Assembly: GCA_964016885.1 (NCBI GenBank)
Contig: OZ024740.1
Location: 114,762,001-114,826,000, forward strand
Direction: 5' to 3'
Length of the DNA stretch: 64,000 bases
Source: Eledone cirrhosa
Taxonomy: Eukaryota
Positions 14,599 through 27,300 of the stretch are shown one piece after another; the stretch's first letter is position 1; each line of letters opens with the position of its first letter. Under the pieces are notes generated by a model. The model saw only the letters and a program-made list of their open reading frames with translations. It made no database searches and was not told the origin of the DNA. The translations under genes were made by a program, and so were the position numbers.

Positions 14599-15030
14599 AG
14601 TGTGTAGTTCGGAATAACAGAAAACAAAAAAACAGACAAACGCAGGAGTAAATGTTACAAATATTATTAGTTTCACGCTTGCTGAGAGTGGGGTGTGTGA
14701 TTGCGATATTTCGGGCATACTCCCTTCATGAGGGGAGTGGCGGGCAGGAACTCAGAGAAGGAGTGAGGGAGAGTTAGCGGGAAAACTAGAAAAAAAATAC
14801 ATATACATCATATATATACATGTATATATATATACAGATCAGAGCAAACAGCACGGACACTCTATCTCAAAATTATTTTTGAAAAGCATTTAGAAATGCG
14901 CAACCGGTAAAAACTTAAAAACTTAAAACCACAACTGAATACTAACCCATACAATCACTAATAGTCTTTTATTCCTAATTAAACCATTTTTCAACTGTGA
15001 ACAATTTGTCAGCATTTTCTATTCCGTTTA

Positions 15031-15109
<79 letters not shown>

Positions 15110-15133
15110 GTACGCATGTATATATATATGGTC

Positions 15134-15415
15134 ACCAGTTGGTGCTACTGGTAACATGTATCCCAGTACCACCTGTCTCATGGTTGGGTCGTTGGCGACT
15201 AAACTGGCAACCCCACCAAGGTTTCTTGGTGAGGAGGGTGACTTTGACTAAAAACAAAACCTGTCAAAGAGCAAAGGAGCTCTTAAGAGTCAATTGCCAT
15301 CCAAAATCACCGGGAGAGATGACCCCTTAGCCTTTGTCAAGGCAGAATTCTAGGAGAAGGAAAACTCTGATATAACACCTGCAACCCTGATGGTATCCAA
15401 TGATGTTGACTTGTT
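15134..15415 (+). mobile_element. Diverged interspersed repeat related to 6362-6860 (probable LINE 5' region)
   Basis: Shares several motifs with the reverse complement of ~6575-6860. Confidence 0.4.
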
Positions 15416-15774
15416 CTTCTTTTTGGTAAATATCAACTTGGTTAAGAGAGTAGGACTGGCTTTGTGTAGTGCCTTTGCTCACTATAAAAGCTTCACGACA
15501 CAGGCATTGCTTTATATCTAGAGATCTCTCTGCACTTGTCATCACATGGTACCATGGGCCCACAATATGTGTCAGTAATTGTCACAATTGTAGTGTTTGT
15601 ACCAGAGTTTTCAAGTCGCTGGCTACTAAAATGTCACACTCGTTCAGCGCATCGGTAGGTGTTCTCCTACATGGATATAAAGTAGTGGCCGTACTCGAAA
15701 ACGAGTTGGCAGCCACCATATATATATCAGCGAAGGAGACAAATGACTTCTACAGGACGAGAACTGCTTCATTC

Positions 15775-15851
<77 letters not shown>

Positions 15852-16546
15852 CTCTTTATGTTTTGTTTGATGATCGTAGTCCGCAGTTTCGTTTATTTTC
15901 TCAATTGTTTTCCTTATATAGCTTTTTGTTACTGTTCGTCACCTTTTTTCTTGCTTTCTTCCATGTATTTTCAATAGATTTGTTTACAAGTGTAGAAAAC
16001 ACAAATTTCTGATTGTGTCCTTTTGGGGGGAAATTTCATCCACATTTTTCTCTTATATTATCGTATAATTATTTGATATATCATAACTGTTTTTGTTATG
16101 ATTTATATTTTTCTGTTTTTGTCATAATGAAATTTCGTTATGTATGAAATAAACGTGATACCTTTTATCGTCGTCTCTGATGTTGTTTACATATATCCAT
16201 CCCACACCGTTAATTGAGTTCCGGAATTAATTATCAAGCCTTTTCATATCGTGAATAACAGTTTATAAATAAATCCTAGACATCAAAGAAAGCAGAACTT
16301 TAAGCGAAGGAAAACAAGAGGAGTAATAACAAACATTTAATGTAAAATGTGTGTGGGCGCCTGTGTGTGTGTATGAGAGAGAGATAGAGAGAATGTGTGT
16401 GTGTGCGTGTGTGTAGTGGGTGTGTGCTGTCATGTTTTCTTGTTAAAATATATTCATATATGTGCATATATGAAAGACTCTCCTCCCTATTCTTGTAGAT
16501 ATCATATCTTGAATATATATATAAATGCATACATACATACACATAC

Positions 16547-16699
<153 letters not shown>

Positions 16700-16714
16700 A
16701 ATGCATACATACAT

Positions 16715-16778
<64 letters not shown>

Positions 16779-16785
<7 letters not shown>

Positions 16786-18240
16786 TTATAAGAATCAAAG
16801 ATCTGTTCAAAACATTTTTTTTTCTTACAACTGTTTCCTCCAAACCGAGCTTTGGACTCATCGGAGCAATTTATTAATGAATGAACATTTATATGACCTC
16901 CTTTTCAACCCAAGAGGCATACCGATATATATGCAAACATTGTTGCTTGGTGGGTCGACATCCATTACACCATTTAGTGCGGCAGTATACATTTAGAGGT
17001 TACATTCATATTAAAAGAGGATAAAATCAAAAATACAGGTTAAAATTCAACATGAAATTAATGCGATAGGATATTCTTAAGCAGTTATTGAGTGCAATAG
17101 TTACACGTGTGGCAAGCACGTGCGTCTTGTCTATATAATGCTATAGTGTGGCAGAGTGTTACATGTAATAGAAGCACCTAAACAGGTGATCTAGAGTGTT
17201 AGGGGGGTTGAACTGGTAATTAATCCTTTACATGATTGTTATAGCCTGTGCGTGGAGAAATAATATAAGCATTAAAAATATTGGAAATGCGTAGCAAAGC
17301 GATGATATGGATTCCATGTACAGCACCATTTTCTCAGTCCGGGTAGCGTATTATTCAGATTATATGCTCCTCACATAATCTACGACGATTCGATATTGCG
17401 CGTTTGACGATCCTGTTAGAGAATCGTAGTTTGTTGGTCTTTAGCTCAATACAGCAGGTTGTTACGTTGCGAGAATCGACATCGAATTATTTTCCGGAAA
17501 TGTATGTGTGACTAAGGGGAGTTAATGCGTGAGGGGAGGTAACTCAGTGGTTTCTATGACTAACTATTAAATGGTGTCTCAAAATAGTCCCTAACTTATA
17601 TGGTTATACACAGTTTCTAAAAATTTAAAGTGTCTTAACTATAATGTAGTCTATCAAGCAGTATTAAAGGTGTTCATACTAGGGTGATTATCCTCCATTC
17701 TAGAGTGCCACAATTTAATATTTTACACGATGAGCGAGATTTCTAAATCTAAATAAGGTGCTTCTATTACATGTAACACTCTGCCACACTATAGCATTAT
17801 ATAAACAAGACGCACGTGCTTGCCACACGTGTAACTATTGCACTCAATAACTGCTTAAGACTATCCTATCGCATTAATTTCTTGTTGTATTTTAGCCTGT
17901 ATTTTTGATTTTATCCTCTTTTAATATGAATGCAACCTCTAAATGTATACTGCCGCACTAAATGCTGTAATGGATGTCGACCCACCAAGCAACAATGTTT
18001 GCATATGTATCTGTATGTCTCTTGGGTTGAAAAGGAGGTCATATAAGTGTTCATTCATTAATAAATTGCTCCGATGAATCCAAACCTCGGTTTGGAGGAA
18101 ACAGTTGTGAGCATAAAAATGTTTTGAACAGATCTTTGATTCTTATAACTTATATATAACTGCTCTGTAAAACATCTGATGTTATTACATTGAGCTATTT
18201 AACTTACTGGTAATAAGGTAGTAATATATTACTGCATATC
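16779..18240. mobile_element. Penelope-like element with ~400 bp inverted arms and a degenerate hammerhead
   Basis: 16779-17183 is the reverse complement of 17754-18156; arms contain tgct-ccgatga-(tccaaacc/ggtttgga)-gaaa-cagttgt; unpaired tail follows the right arm; inserted in (TA)n. Confidence 0.7.
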
Positions 18241-18316
18241 ACTATTTAGGGTTTGTAAAAATATATATAACTACAAAAGGTTTTTGTATTTGCATGACCA
18301 TAAATAGTATCCTTAA

Positions 18317-18349
<33 letters not shown>

Positions 18350-18354
<5 letters not shown>

Positions 18355-19530
18355 GAAAAGAAGGAAAAGAATGACTTCACTTGTAGTGTTAAACATTTTT
18401 TTGATTTAATGTTATAATATAATATTATAATATTATGAGTTGGTATAAAGTACCAGTCATGTACTGGGATAATTTCTGGCATTGTGTCAATAGTAGACAC
18501 AATTAGGAGTTGGAAGATCCAGTATATAGGGGTATTGTTCTTTTCCGTTCAGTACACCCATCACAAAAAGAACATTCCTTTTAACATGGCTAGACACATC
18601 TGCCCCATAGTGACACACCCCACACTACAGGAAAAAAGATTATATGAATTAAAAAAGTTCCTTAAGAGACAAGAATATCCGGTGAACCTCATCAACACAG
18701 GCATCTCCAAAGCCCAGAACATCAAAGCAACAAAATAGAATGGAAAAAACAGTTAACCCTTTTGTCATCACTCACAATCCAAGGAACTTCAACATTGTAA
18801 AAGCCGCTAAATAATATCTCCCGATTCTCCACCAGTCCCTCCAAATGAAGCCACTCATAAAAGACGCACAAATTATATATAGTAGACGCCAAGCACCCAA
18901 CCTAAAGAAACTGGTTACCAAGGCAATATTTACGTATACTAATGAAGCAATGCAAGTTAAGAAATGCGGGGACCCTCGATGCGAAACTTGCGAACTCATT
19001 GAAGAGGGTGGAGAAATCTCCTTTAATAACAACCAAATCATTTACAGTTAATGCAAACATGAATTGCAAAACAAAAAACTTGATTTACTGTGCAACCTGC
19101 CCACAATGTAAAGAATACTACATCGGTGAAACCGGAACGGGTCTACATGACAGAGTTCGAGTACATAAACAACAAATTAGAGACCTCTCTGTCAGAAACA
19201 CCACATGCAGTGAACACTTCGCAACATGTGGAAAGGGATATTTCACAATTTTCCCCTTCTTTAAGATATGGTAATAACACCAGAACCAGATACAACTACT
19301 ATCAAAACCCCAAGAACAGTTACCAGCGGCAAAATCGGAGGCATATGATGACCGAACGGAGCAGCAGAAGAACTAGTCCCCCATATACTGGATCTACCAA
19401 CTCATCATATTATAATGTTATATTATAACATTAAGTCAAAAAAATGTTTAACTCTACAAGTGAAGTCATTCTTTTCCTTTTTTTCAAATATACCTAACTG
19501 TACCAAGGATTTCACACATTTTCCAATACA
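18350..19530 (+). mobile_element. Penelope-like retroelement 3' part (RT thumb plus GIY-YIG endonuclease, frameshifted) with inverted terminal repeat
   Basis: HHKKNIPFNMARHIC, CGDPRCETC and NLIYCATCPQCKEYYIGETG...RVRVHK (GIY-YIG); 18350-18535 is inverted relative to 19378-19490; left arm interrupted by a short SINE tail fragment (~18447-18504). Confidence 0.85.
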
Positions 19531-20065
19531 TATTTTTATTCATATGTAACCCATTTGCAACCACGCAGCACGCCATTTTTTCATATATTTATATATTTTC
19601 CTCCACTGTGACCCGTCCGTTTCTTTCTTACTGCTTCCCCTTTCTCTGTGTCTCTCACTTTCTTTTTACCCCTTGTGCCAGTCACCCTCTCTATGTTAGC
19701 CTCTCCTCACACTTTCACTCACTCACTCTCTGCTAGTCCCTCTCCATCACTTCTTCCTGTCTGACCTGTGCGAAATTCTTTCCTCGCTCACATTTCGACC
19801 AGGTTGGATGGTCTTTATTCTCTCGTCTACGATTTCACAGAACATATGTTCATCGATTTCAGGCTTGACTCATTCTTCCTCACTTTTCGTTGCATTACCA
19901 TCTTTGTTTGCTTACTATCTCGCTCGTTCCCCCTATTTACGTGTCCCACCGACTTTCTTTAGCCGTTGCTCGCACCAACCAGAGGTATATGGTCTTTAAA
20001 GCGATGAAATACCAATGAAGGCTGGAAGATCACTGATGAAGGACTAATTTTATTTATATATATAT

Positions 20066-20185
20066 AGGAAAAAATATGACCCCGACGGGTTCATACTTTT
20101 TCCTATTTCCCACTCTACTACCTTAAGTATTGAGTACTCTGCTGCGTTATGGTCCATCTGGTTCCTTACCACATTTCCTTTGTTA
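20066..20185. mobile_element. Short fold-back element, same family as 6115-6312
   Basis: Short hairpin 20066-20104 plus the same tail (cccactctact...ggtccatctggttccttaccaca). Confidence 0.6.
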
Positions 20186-20346
20186 TATATATAGATAGAT
20201 TTTGAGTATATGTTGGTTGTATACCAACACCTCAGTATACAGGCTGGAGCACTCGACGAAATGCGCAGGTTGGTTTGGTTACTCCGGAGTAATGTAAAAT
20301 AAAGTTAAATAAAAAGTCAAATGTTTAAAATTTAGCTTCGTTTATT

Positions 20347-20401
20347 ACTGCTATATATATTTCAGTGACAGCCATCTTTGGCTGTGACCTCTTCAGGCAG
20401 T
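20347..20401 (-). ncRNA. Mirror copy of the hammerhead ribozyme
   Basis: Reverse complement of 20632-20686 within the palindrome. Confidence 0.75.
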
Positions 20402-20631
20402 CCGAATTAGTGTGGTATAGACAAGCACATATGTTGTTGAGGTGTATAATTTTGTCAATATTCTGATATGTCCAGTTCCTGGTTAGGTTGTTATTTCTCT
20501 GAGGAACTGGAATCATATGATTCCAGTTCCTCAGAGAAATAACAACCTAACCAGGAACTGGACATATCAGAATATTGACAAAATTATACACCTCAACAAC
20601 ATATGTGCTTGTCTATACCACACTAATTCGG

Positions 20632-20686
20632 ACTGCCTGAAGAGGTCACAGCCAAAGATGGCTGTCACTGAAATATATATAGCAGT
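20632..20686 (+). ncRNA. Type I hammerhead ribozyme (Penelope-type)
   Basis: Stem I actgc/gcagt, core CUGAAGA, stem II ggtcacagcca/tggctgtcact (one mismatch), GAAA, short palindromic stem III (atatatat), AUA cleavage triplet, followed by AATAAA. Confidence 0.75.
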
Positions 20687-20912
20687 AATAAACGAAGCTA
20701 AATTTTAAACATTTGACTTTTTATTTAACTTTATTTTATATATATATAATATAACACGAAAAATCAATGATGCATCTGAAATCAATTTATTGAGTTCAGA
20801 TGCATCACTCATTTTTTTGTTTTATATTATATATTACCTGCTCTGTAAGAGCATAGAGTGCTCAACCGGCATACCGCCTATGGAAGCATCTTAGCTACCT
20901 TCAGACACACAA

Positions 20913-20945
<33 letters not shown>

Positions 20946-21060
20946 ATTTGATATGCAGGCGTCCCGGACTATAGTCCCGGACTATCCGGGAGCTTCCAAC
21001 AGTAATGGTTGCATTCTTTATGGGTATGTCAATATTTATAAAACTGATCTTTATTATATT

Positions 21061-21114
21061 TTATCTGATGAAAGCACACCATAATTTAACTTGGTGTCCT
21101 TGAAATATGTATAA
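21061..21114 (+). ncRNA. Degenerate hammerhead ribozyme
   Basis: CUGAUGA, stem II aagcacacca/tggtgtcctt (9 of 10 paired), GAAA; stem I ttat/ataa; cleavage triplet looks mutated. Confidence 0.5.
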
Positions 21115-21496
21115 TGAAATAAATATGGTTTTATAAATATAGTTTCCATTTGTTAATATCGTATTTTTACTCCAAATATGCGTGGTGCTTTATATCAGTT
21201 ATATAAATATTTGCTTGTTGTATCCCAACAATTGAAATAGAACTTTTATATATATATATATATTTATACATGTATATTATAAGGGATGTGCATGAAAGCA
21301 CATACAATATGTAATGAGTGTTTACAAAATGATTCAATGCGGTCGAAATGTTGAAATGTATAAAAAGGCAAAGGAAGATCAATTAATGTAATGCTTGAAC
21401 CGTTTCCGTTTCACATTTGAAGAGAGATATTAACCCTCAAATACTGGGTCAAACGTTACATTTTTTTTATTTATTTGTCATCTTATTTATTTGTCA

Positions 21497-22538
21497 CTAG
21501 CAGTAAAACCCGGCGTTGCTCGGGGTCGCTCAGTAGCTGTGTTAAAGTTACAATGTTAAGTTTCTTTTTTGGCTTAAAAACTGTAGTGTCTACTGTGCAG
21601 ACTTGCATGTGGTGTTTTTGATTAATATTCCCTCAACCAACAATATGCCTTATGAAGTTAAGAAAACATAACGATAACCCGCATGTTATAACAAAAGAGG
21701 ATGCTGGGGATAAAAACTGCACTGGTTATTTATTAACAAAGATCGAAAATGTAAACACTGCAACGCAGAGAAAAACATTAGCGTAACCAAATTATCAGTT
21801 ATGTCTGTCTGCACGCCTATATCACCTCTCTGCACGACTGTCTGTCTGCACGCCTATATCACCTCTCTGCACGACTGTCTGTCTGCACGCCTATATCAAC
21901 TCTCTGCACGACTATCTGTCTGCACGCCTATATCACCTCTCTGCACGACTGTCTGTCTGCACGCCTATATCACCTCTCTGCACGACTGTCTGTCTGCACG
22001 ACTGTCTGTCTGCACGCCTAACGAAATTTACAGATACATATATTTTAAATAAACTTATATAATTTTTGCTTTTTTTTACGAAATATTTGCTTGTTTTGCG
22101 TAGTCTTTAAATAGACTTGTTTTCAAGTAAAAATATTGTTTTAAAAGGCTTTTAAATGGAAATGAAGCAAAACGGAAGCTTGGTGTTCGAACTGATGAAT
22201 TTTGCAGGTCAAAATTTTGCTGGCTCGACAACTGTTCGTGTATTGTGTTAATGTCATTTTAAACGCTGAGAAAGCCAGCGTAATTTTTTTAATTTTTGCA
22301 CGCTCAATGTAAATAGAACAAAGGGAAATAACTGATCACTTACGTTAAAAAATCGATGCATTATATTCGATTTCGTCAGATAGGGCGGGTCAATTTGAAA
22401 TATTTATTTTCCGATGTCTTCGCTAGGGCTCAATGTACAAGTATAGCAATTTCGGTGCAATTCCGTGAGAGATTCTAAGAGGAGATGTGTGCCAAAAATC
22501 GATAGACAGACAGACAACCTCAGTTTTATATATATAGA
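21497..22538 (-). mobile_element. Non-autonomous Helitron-like element
   Basis: On the minus strand it starts A|TCtatatatataaaa with (ctgt)n and ends with GC hairpin cccgagcaacgccggg then CTAG|T; inserted in AT, no TSD or TIR. Confidence 0.75.
21802..22020. repeat. 37-bp minisatellite inside the Helitron
   Basis: Unit tgtctgtctgcacgcctatatcacctctctgcacgac starting at 21802, 21839, ...; about 5-6 copies. Confidence 0.95.
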
Positions 22539-23039
22539 TATATATTACATTTTTCTACCACATTGTACCGGTTTCTTAAAACCTATCAGTCATTTATGAC
22601 ATATCTCACAATGCTTCTTATTAATTATACTACTTTATCATCATACATAATATGTTTAAATATAAAAAAACATACATGTGTCTCACTGTGGTGGTGTCAC
22701 AGCTATCTCACTCAGTAGCTGTGTGTGAATGTTACTTTGCGTTTCGGGATATTTATCCATCTTAAGTAATGTTTGTTTGGCGGCAAAATAAGCTATTGCT
22801 TATCTCTAAGTTTTGCTTATGAAGCGTCTCCTGGGATGTGGGCTTGACTAACTGATAATAATTATGAAAAGCACTAACATTACATGATTCACGATCGATG
22901 TTATATAAAAGCATATGCAATAATTTTATGTATAATAAACATACCTAAGTATCAGTCCAAGTGTTTTAATTCGTGGTTGTATCACAGACACTTCACCAGC
23001 CGTGTGTGATCGACAAATATACCTCAACCACAACCAGAG

Positions 23040-23530
23040 TCTTTAGGAAAACTCCAACTGCAGTGCTCATCACTGGTGTCCACCAGAGCTGCCTTCTCTC
23101 ACCCCTTCTATTGCTATTAGCCTTGAGACTTTATCATGTAAATGGTAACGAATGGCGACGCGGCAGGAATGTCGTGGAAGAGTAGGGAAAATTTTGTGAT
23201 TTAAATAATTGTTTCTATAATGCCCATGACATTGCACTACGGGCAGAGTCCGGAGGGAACTAACCTTTAAACTAACCCTTAAACTAACGTTTAAATTAAA
23301 AAGCTCAGCAGAAAAGATTGGGCTCAGAATTAGCTCTGAAACACCTAAAGATTATCCAAGTAAACTCACCCACAACATAACTCCCACCTCCTATCCCCAT
23401 CCTTAACGGACAACAGCTTGTGAAAGACGACAATTTCTGCTACCTGTTACGTGTGCCTAGTAGTGAATGAAGCGTTGAAAATGTTGCGGGGAGCAGAATT
23501 GACGAGGGAAAAGTATTATTCGAGGGCACG
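23040..23530 (+). mobile_element. Highly decayed LINE RT fragment (RTE-like)
   Basis: TGVHQSCLLSPLL (GVxQG..LSP) and YAHDIAL (YADD remnant at ~23216-23240). Confidence 0.55.
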
Positions 23531-23731
23531 CAACAAATAAAGGGTTACCATTAAATGAGAGTAAAATTGATTACCTGTACAGGCAATATCTATTAGAATG
23601 TTGTTGAAGAGTGTATACATTTTTAGGGGACACCCTTTATACACATATATGTGGGTGTGTGTGTGTGTGTGTCTGTGTCTGTGTGTATGTGTGTATATGT
23701 GTGTTTGTGTATATATGTATATAAATATACA

Positions 23732-23846
<115 letters not shown>

Positions 23847-24098
23847 CTAATAATATGTGTCAAAGTGTTACATTTATAGTGGTCACTCTATAGAAAGTTG
23901 TCCAAATATTTCGTTTCTCTATCCATGTGCGACATATGTTTAGACTATAAAATAGGATTTAGGAAGGCTTTCGGGGATTATCTTACAAGAGATAAAATGA
24001 TAATTTGGCAATAAGGCGCTTTAAACGATATGACAAATGTGTGATACCAAATATTGATTTTAATGGAAGTAATAATTTGCCAAATCGTGTGTTTGAGG

Positions 24099-24137
<39 letters not shown>

Positions 24138-24395
24138 GTAATAATGATTTCTTTATTAACCACAAGGGTTTACATAAAGTAGACATTAAGGACAGTGCAG
24201 GACAATGCAGGACGGTACAAATGGGCATTTCTGCGTGTAAAAAACAAAAACAGAGGATGTAACAAAAAATAACAATGAAAAATTCCCCAATAGGGGGCAG
24301 ACTTCGGAGGGACATTTGTGGAGAAAGCCCAGTAAAAAGCCACAATGACCCTGACCACCAAGGCAAGTGCCCTCTCCCAGTTTCCCACCTTTAAT

Positions 24396-27300
24396 TTACA
24401 GATATATACTCAGAGTAGGCCCATTCACTCGGGCCATTCTTGCTTCTCTCACCCATCTTTCAACAAAATGCTGGGAAGAGAGCACTTCCCTCTCTACTCT
24501 GATTTTCCTTTTCAAATGAAATTTGAAAAAGTCAATCAGAGCATCACCGAAGAGGTAAGTGCTCGTCTTCAGCGCTTTCAAACGTGTCCACCATACTATC
24601 TCTTTCGCCATGGCCACCAGACAGATAAAAACTGCCTGCCCTTCCCGGCTAAAGGAGGAGGGCGGGGCAATCCTCACGATGGACTCAGATGATAGCTGGA
24701 TTCGTCCTAAACGCGACAGCAGGTGTTCGACATAAACCCACAAGTCAGCAATTTTCGGACACTGGACGAGTGCGTGCAGGACGGTTTCGTCGCCCTGCGC
24801 GCATCTCGGACATGCCCGGCTGACGGCACCTCCATGCCTGTAGAGTTTATCCCGAACTGGCAAGGCTCCTCGGTAGCACTGCCAGGCCAGAGATTTCTGG
24901 AAGTTGTCCATAGGCCCCGGCCCGAAAGTTCTTCCGAAGAGATTGGCTAGTTGATTTTCGTCGACGCCTAGAGTTTCCCCAAGTACGTCGTCGCTCTTCC
25001 CCTCCACTAATCCTCTATAGAACGCCGAGGTGGAGTTTCCACCGATCACACTGCCCGATTGGTCGAGGGCTGTGAGCGCCTGAAGACATTCCAGTCTCCA
25101 GGCGCTCCCTCTCGGTCTTCGCTTGACCCAGGACTGCAGCTCCGTCAAGGAAACGAGCTGGGGAAATACGCGCCTAGCAAACGGCGACCACACCTGATCA
25201 CCGTCGAGGAAGAGGTGGAGATGTCGTAGCCTGAGCGCGTGCCTGCGCATCATCAGCCACGGCATGCCCAGCCCTCCACGTAGCGGGTGTTGACAACAGA
25301 TGGACCGCCTGACCATCGGAGCACGTCCCTTCCACAAAAAGCGAAAGAGCAAACGCTCCAGCGCAGTCAGGCGAGGCTTAGGACAAGGTACGACGGTCAG
25401 GCGGTAGCAGATGACAGACGCGATGTACGCGTTAGCCACCTCCGCTCGACCTTTCAGGGATAGCTTCCTCTCCGCCCATTTCTGGGTGAGAGAAGCCACC
25501 CTGCTCGTCACCTCGTCACAGTTTTTGTCCGTCTGGAGGTCCGGACCGAACCAGACCCCTAGCAATTTAACCGGTCCGTCCGTCCAGCGCCCGACGACGC
25601 TGTTGGACGGCATGGACCTGCCTCTCCAGGTGCCGAGCTGCAGGCCCACTGACTTTTCCTGATTGATCATTGCTCCTGTCACCGCTTCGTATTCTCTTAG
25701 TGTAGTGCCAATCGCCTCGATGTGTTTGGCGTTCGACACCACTACGGTGACATCGTCCGCATATGCTGACCCGGATCTTCCGCATCCTAGTTCGCGCAGG
25801 ACTCCCCTCAACGTCTCCAGTTTGTGCAGTAATGGCTCGAGAGTCAATACGTACAAGAGGGACGAGAGGGGACATCCTTGGCGGACCGAGCGCATGATGT
25901 TGAACGGTTCCGACAGGTGACCGTTGACTCTCACCACAGAGCAGATGTCGCTGTGCATGGCAGCGATCCAGCCTCTGAAGACGGGCCCAAAGCCAGCCGC
26001 CCTCAGGACGGCCGCTAGGTAACGTTGGTCGACCCTATCGAAAGCTTTCGACTGATCTAAATTGATCAAGGACCCACCCGTGCCAGGTTCCTTAGCTACC
26101 GTCTCTATGATGTATCGCATGAGGTGGAGGTTGTCGTGGATGGATCTGTCGGGATTGGTGCATGTCTGCGCCTCTCCCACCAGACCACCAACGACAAGCG
26201 CCAACCTCTTTGCTAGCACCTTGGCCAAAATCTTGAACTCTGTGTTTAGCAGAGTTATGGGCCGGAAATTGTCTATGTTATCCCCCTTGTTCGGATCCTT
26301 TCTCAGCAGTGCCACCGCTCCTCGGCTCACAGAACTGGGAATTCTCCCGTTCTGTTGCCAGTTGCAGTAGACGTCCGCCAAGAGGCCTCCGAACAAGTCT
26401 GGCATCTGTACGTAAAGTTCATAGGGCAGACCATCCAAACCAGGCGATTTACCCCTTGTGCAGCCAGTCATTGCCTCCCTTACTTCAGCGGCTGTTATCG
26501 GCTTTTCGCAACACTTCGCCTCAGTGGCCGAGAGCCGCGGCAGTCCGTCGAGGTAGACACTAAAGTCCATCCCTCTACCCGGCCCCCCGCTGCCCCCGAA
26601 CAGCTGAGCGAAGTGTCGCTGAAAAGCTTCACACATTTGCCCGGGATCGAGTAGCATGCGCCCGTCGTGGTCCACCAAAGACCGGATCGTGGCTTTGTTG
26701 CCACGACGCGCCTCCGCCACTCGGGCCCATTGAACGGCTTTCGTCCCCTCGTGTCTGAGAGCACGCACCCTAGCTCTGACAACGCAGCCTTCGTGCTTTG
26801 CATTGAAGAATTGGTCAAGGGCCAATTTCGCCGCAAGCACGTCGGTCGCAATGCCTTTGCTAAGCGCCTCGTCTAATTTTCTAACTAATTCTCCCTCTGC
26901 TCTATTTTTCTCTATTGCTAAAGCCTTACTAAACCTAATCGATTCTATTCTAATCGCTCTTTTCAGAGCAAACCACCACTTGTTGTTGACGATGGCCCCC
27001 GTCAACGCCCGCTTAACTAGTTCGCTAATCCGGTCTCTGTAGGCCTTGCGCGCTGGTAAGGACGCGTTTAGCTTCCAGTAGCCGGGTCCTCGTCTATGAA
27101 GCCTATCTAAGTCAAGCACACAGATCACGAATTTGTGGTCCGTGTAGCTGACTATCTTGAATTGTGGACAGCCTATGCTAGACCTATCTATTTCCCTACA
27201 AAATACTCTATCTAGATATGATCTGGATGACCCTATGCGGTTTGTCCAAGTCCACATTGGCACATTCGGGAAATCCAATCGGTACCTGTCAGACAGTTCA

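Larger units (their letters stand above)
20295..20738. repeat. Perfect 444-bp palindrome with no spacer
   Basis: Centre aatcat|atgatt between 20516 and 20517; identical 63-aa ORFs on both strands confirm the symmetry. Confidence 0.95.

Noticed and set aside
20325-20708. Two divergent identical 63-aa genes
   Set aside because: A trivial consequence of the palindrome.
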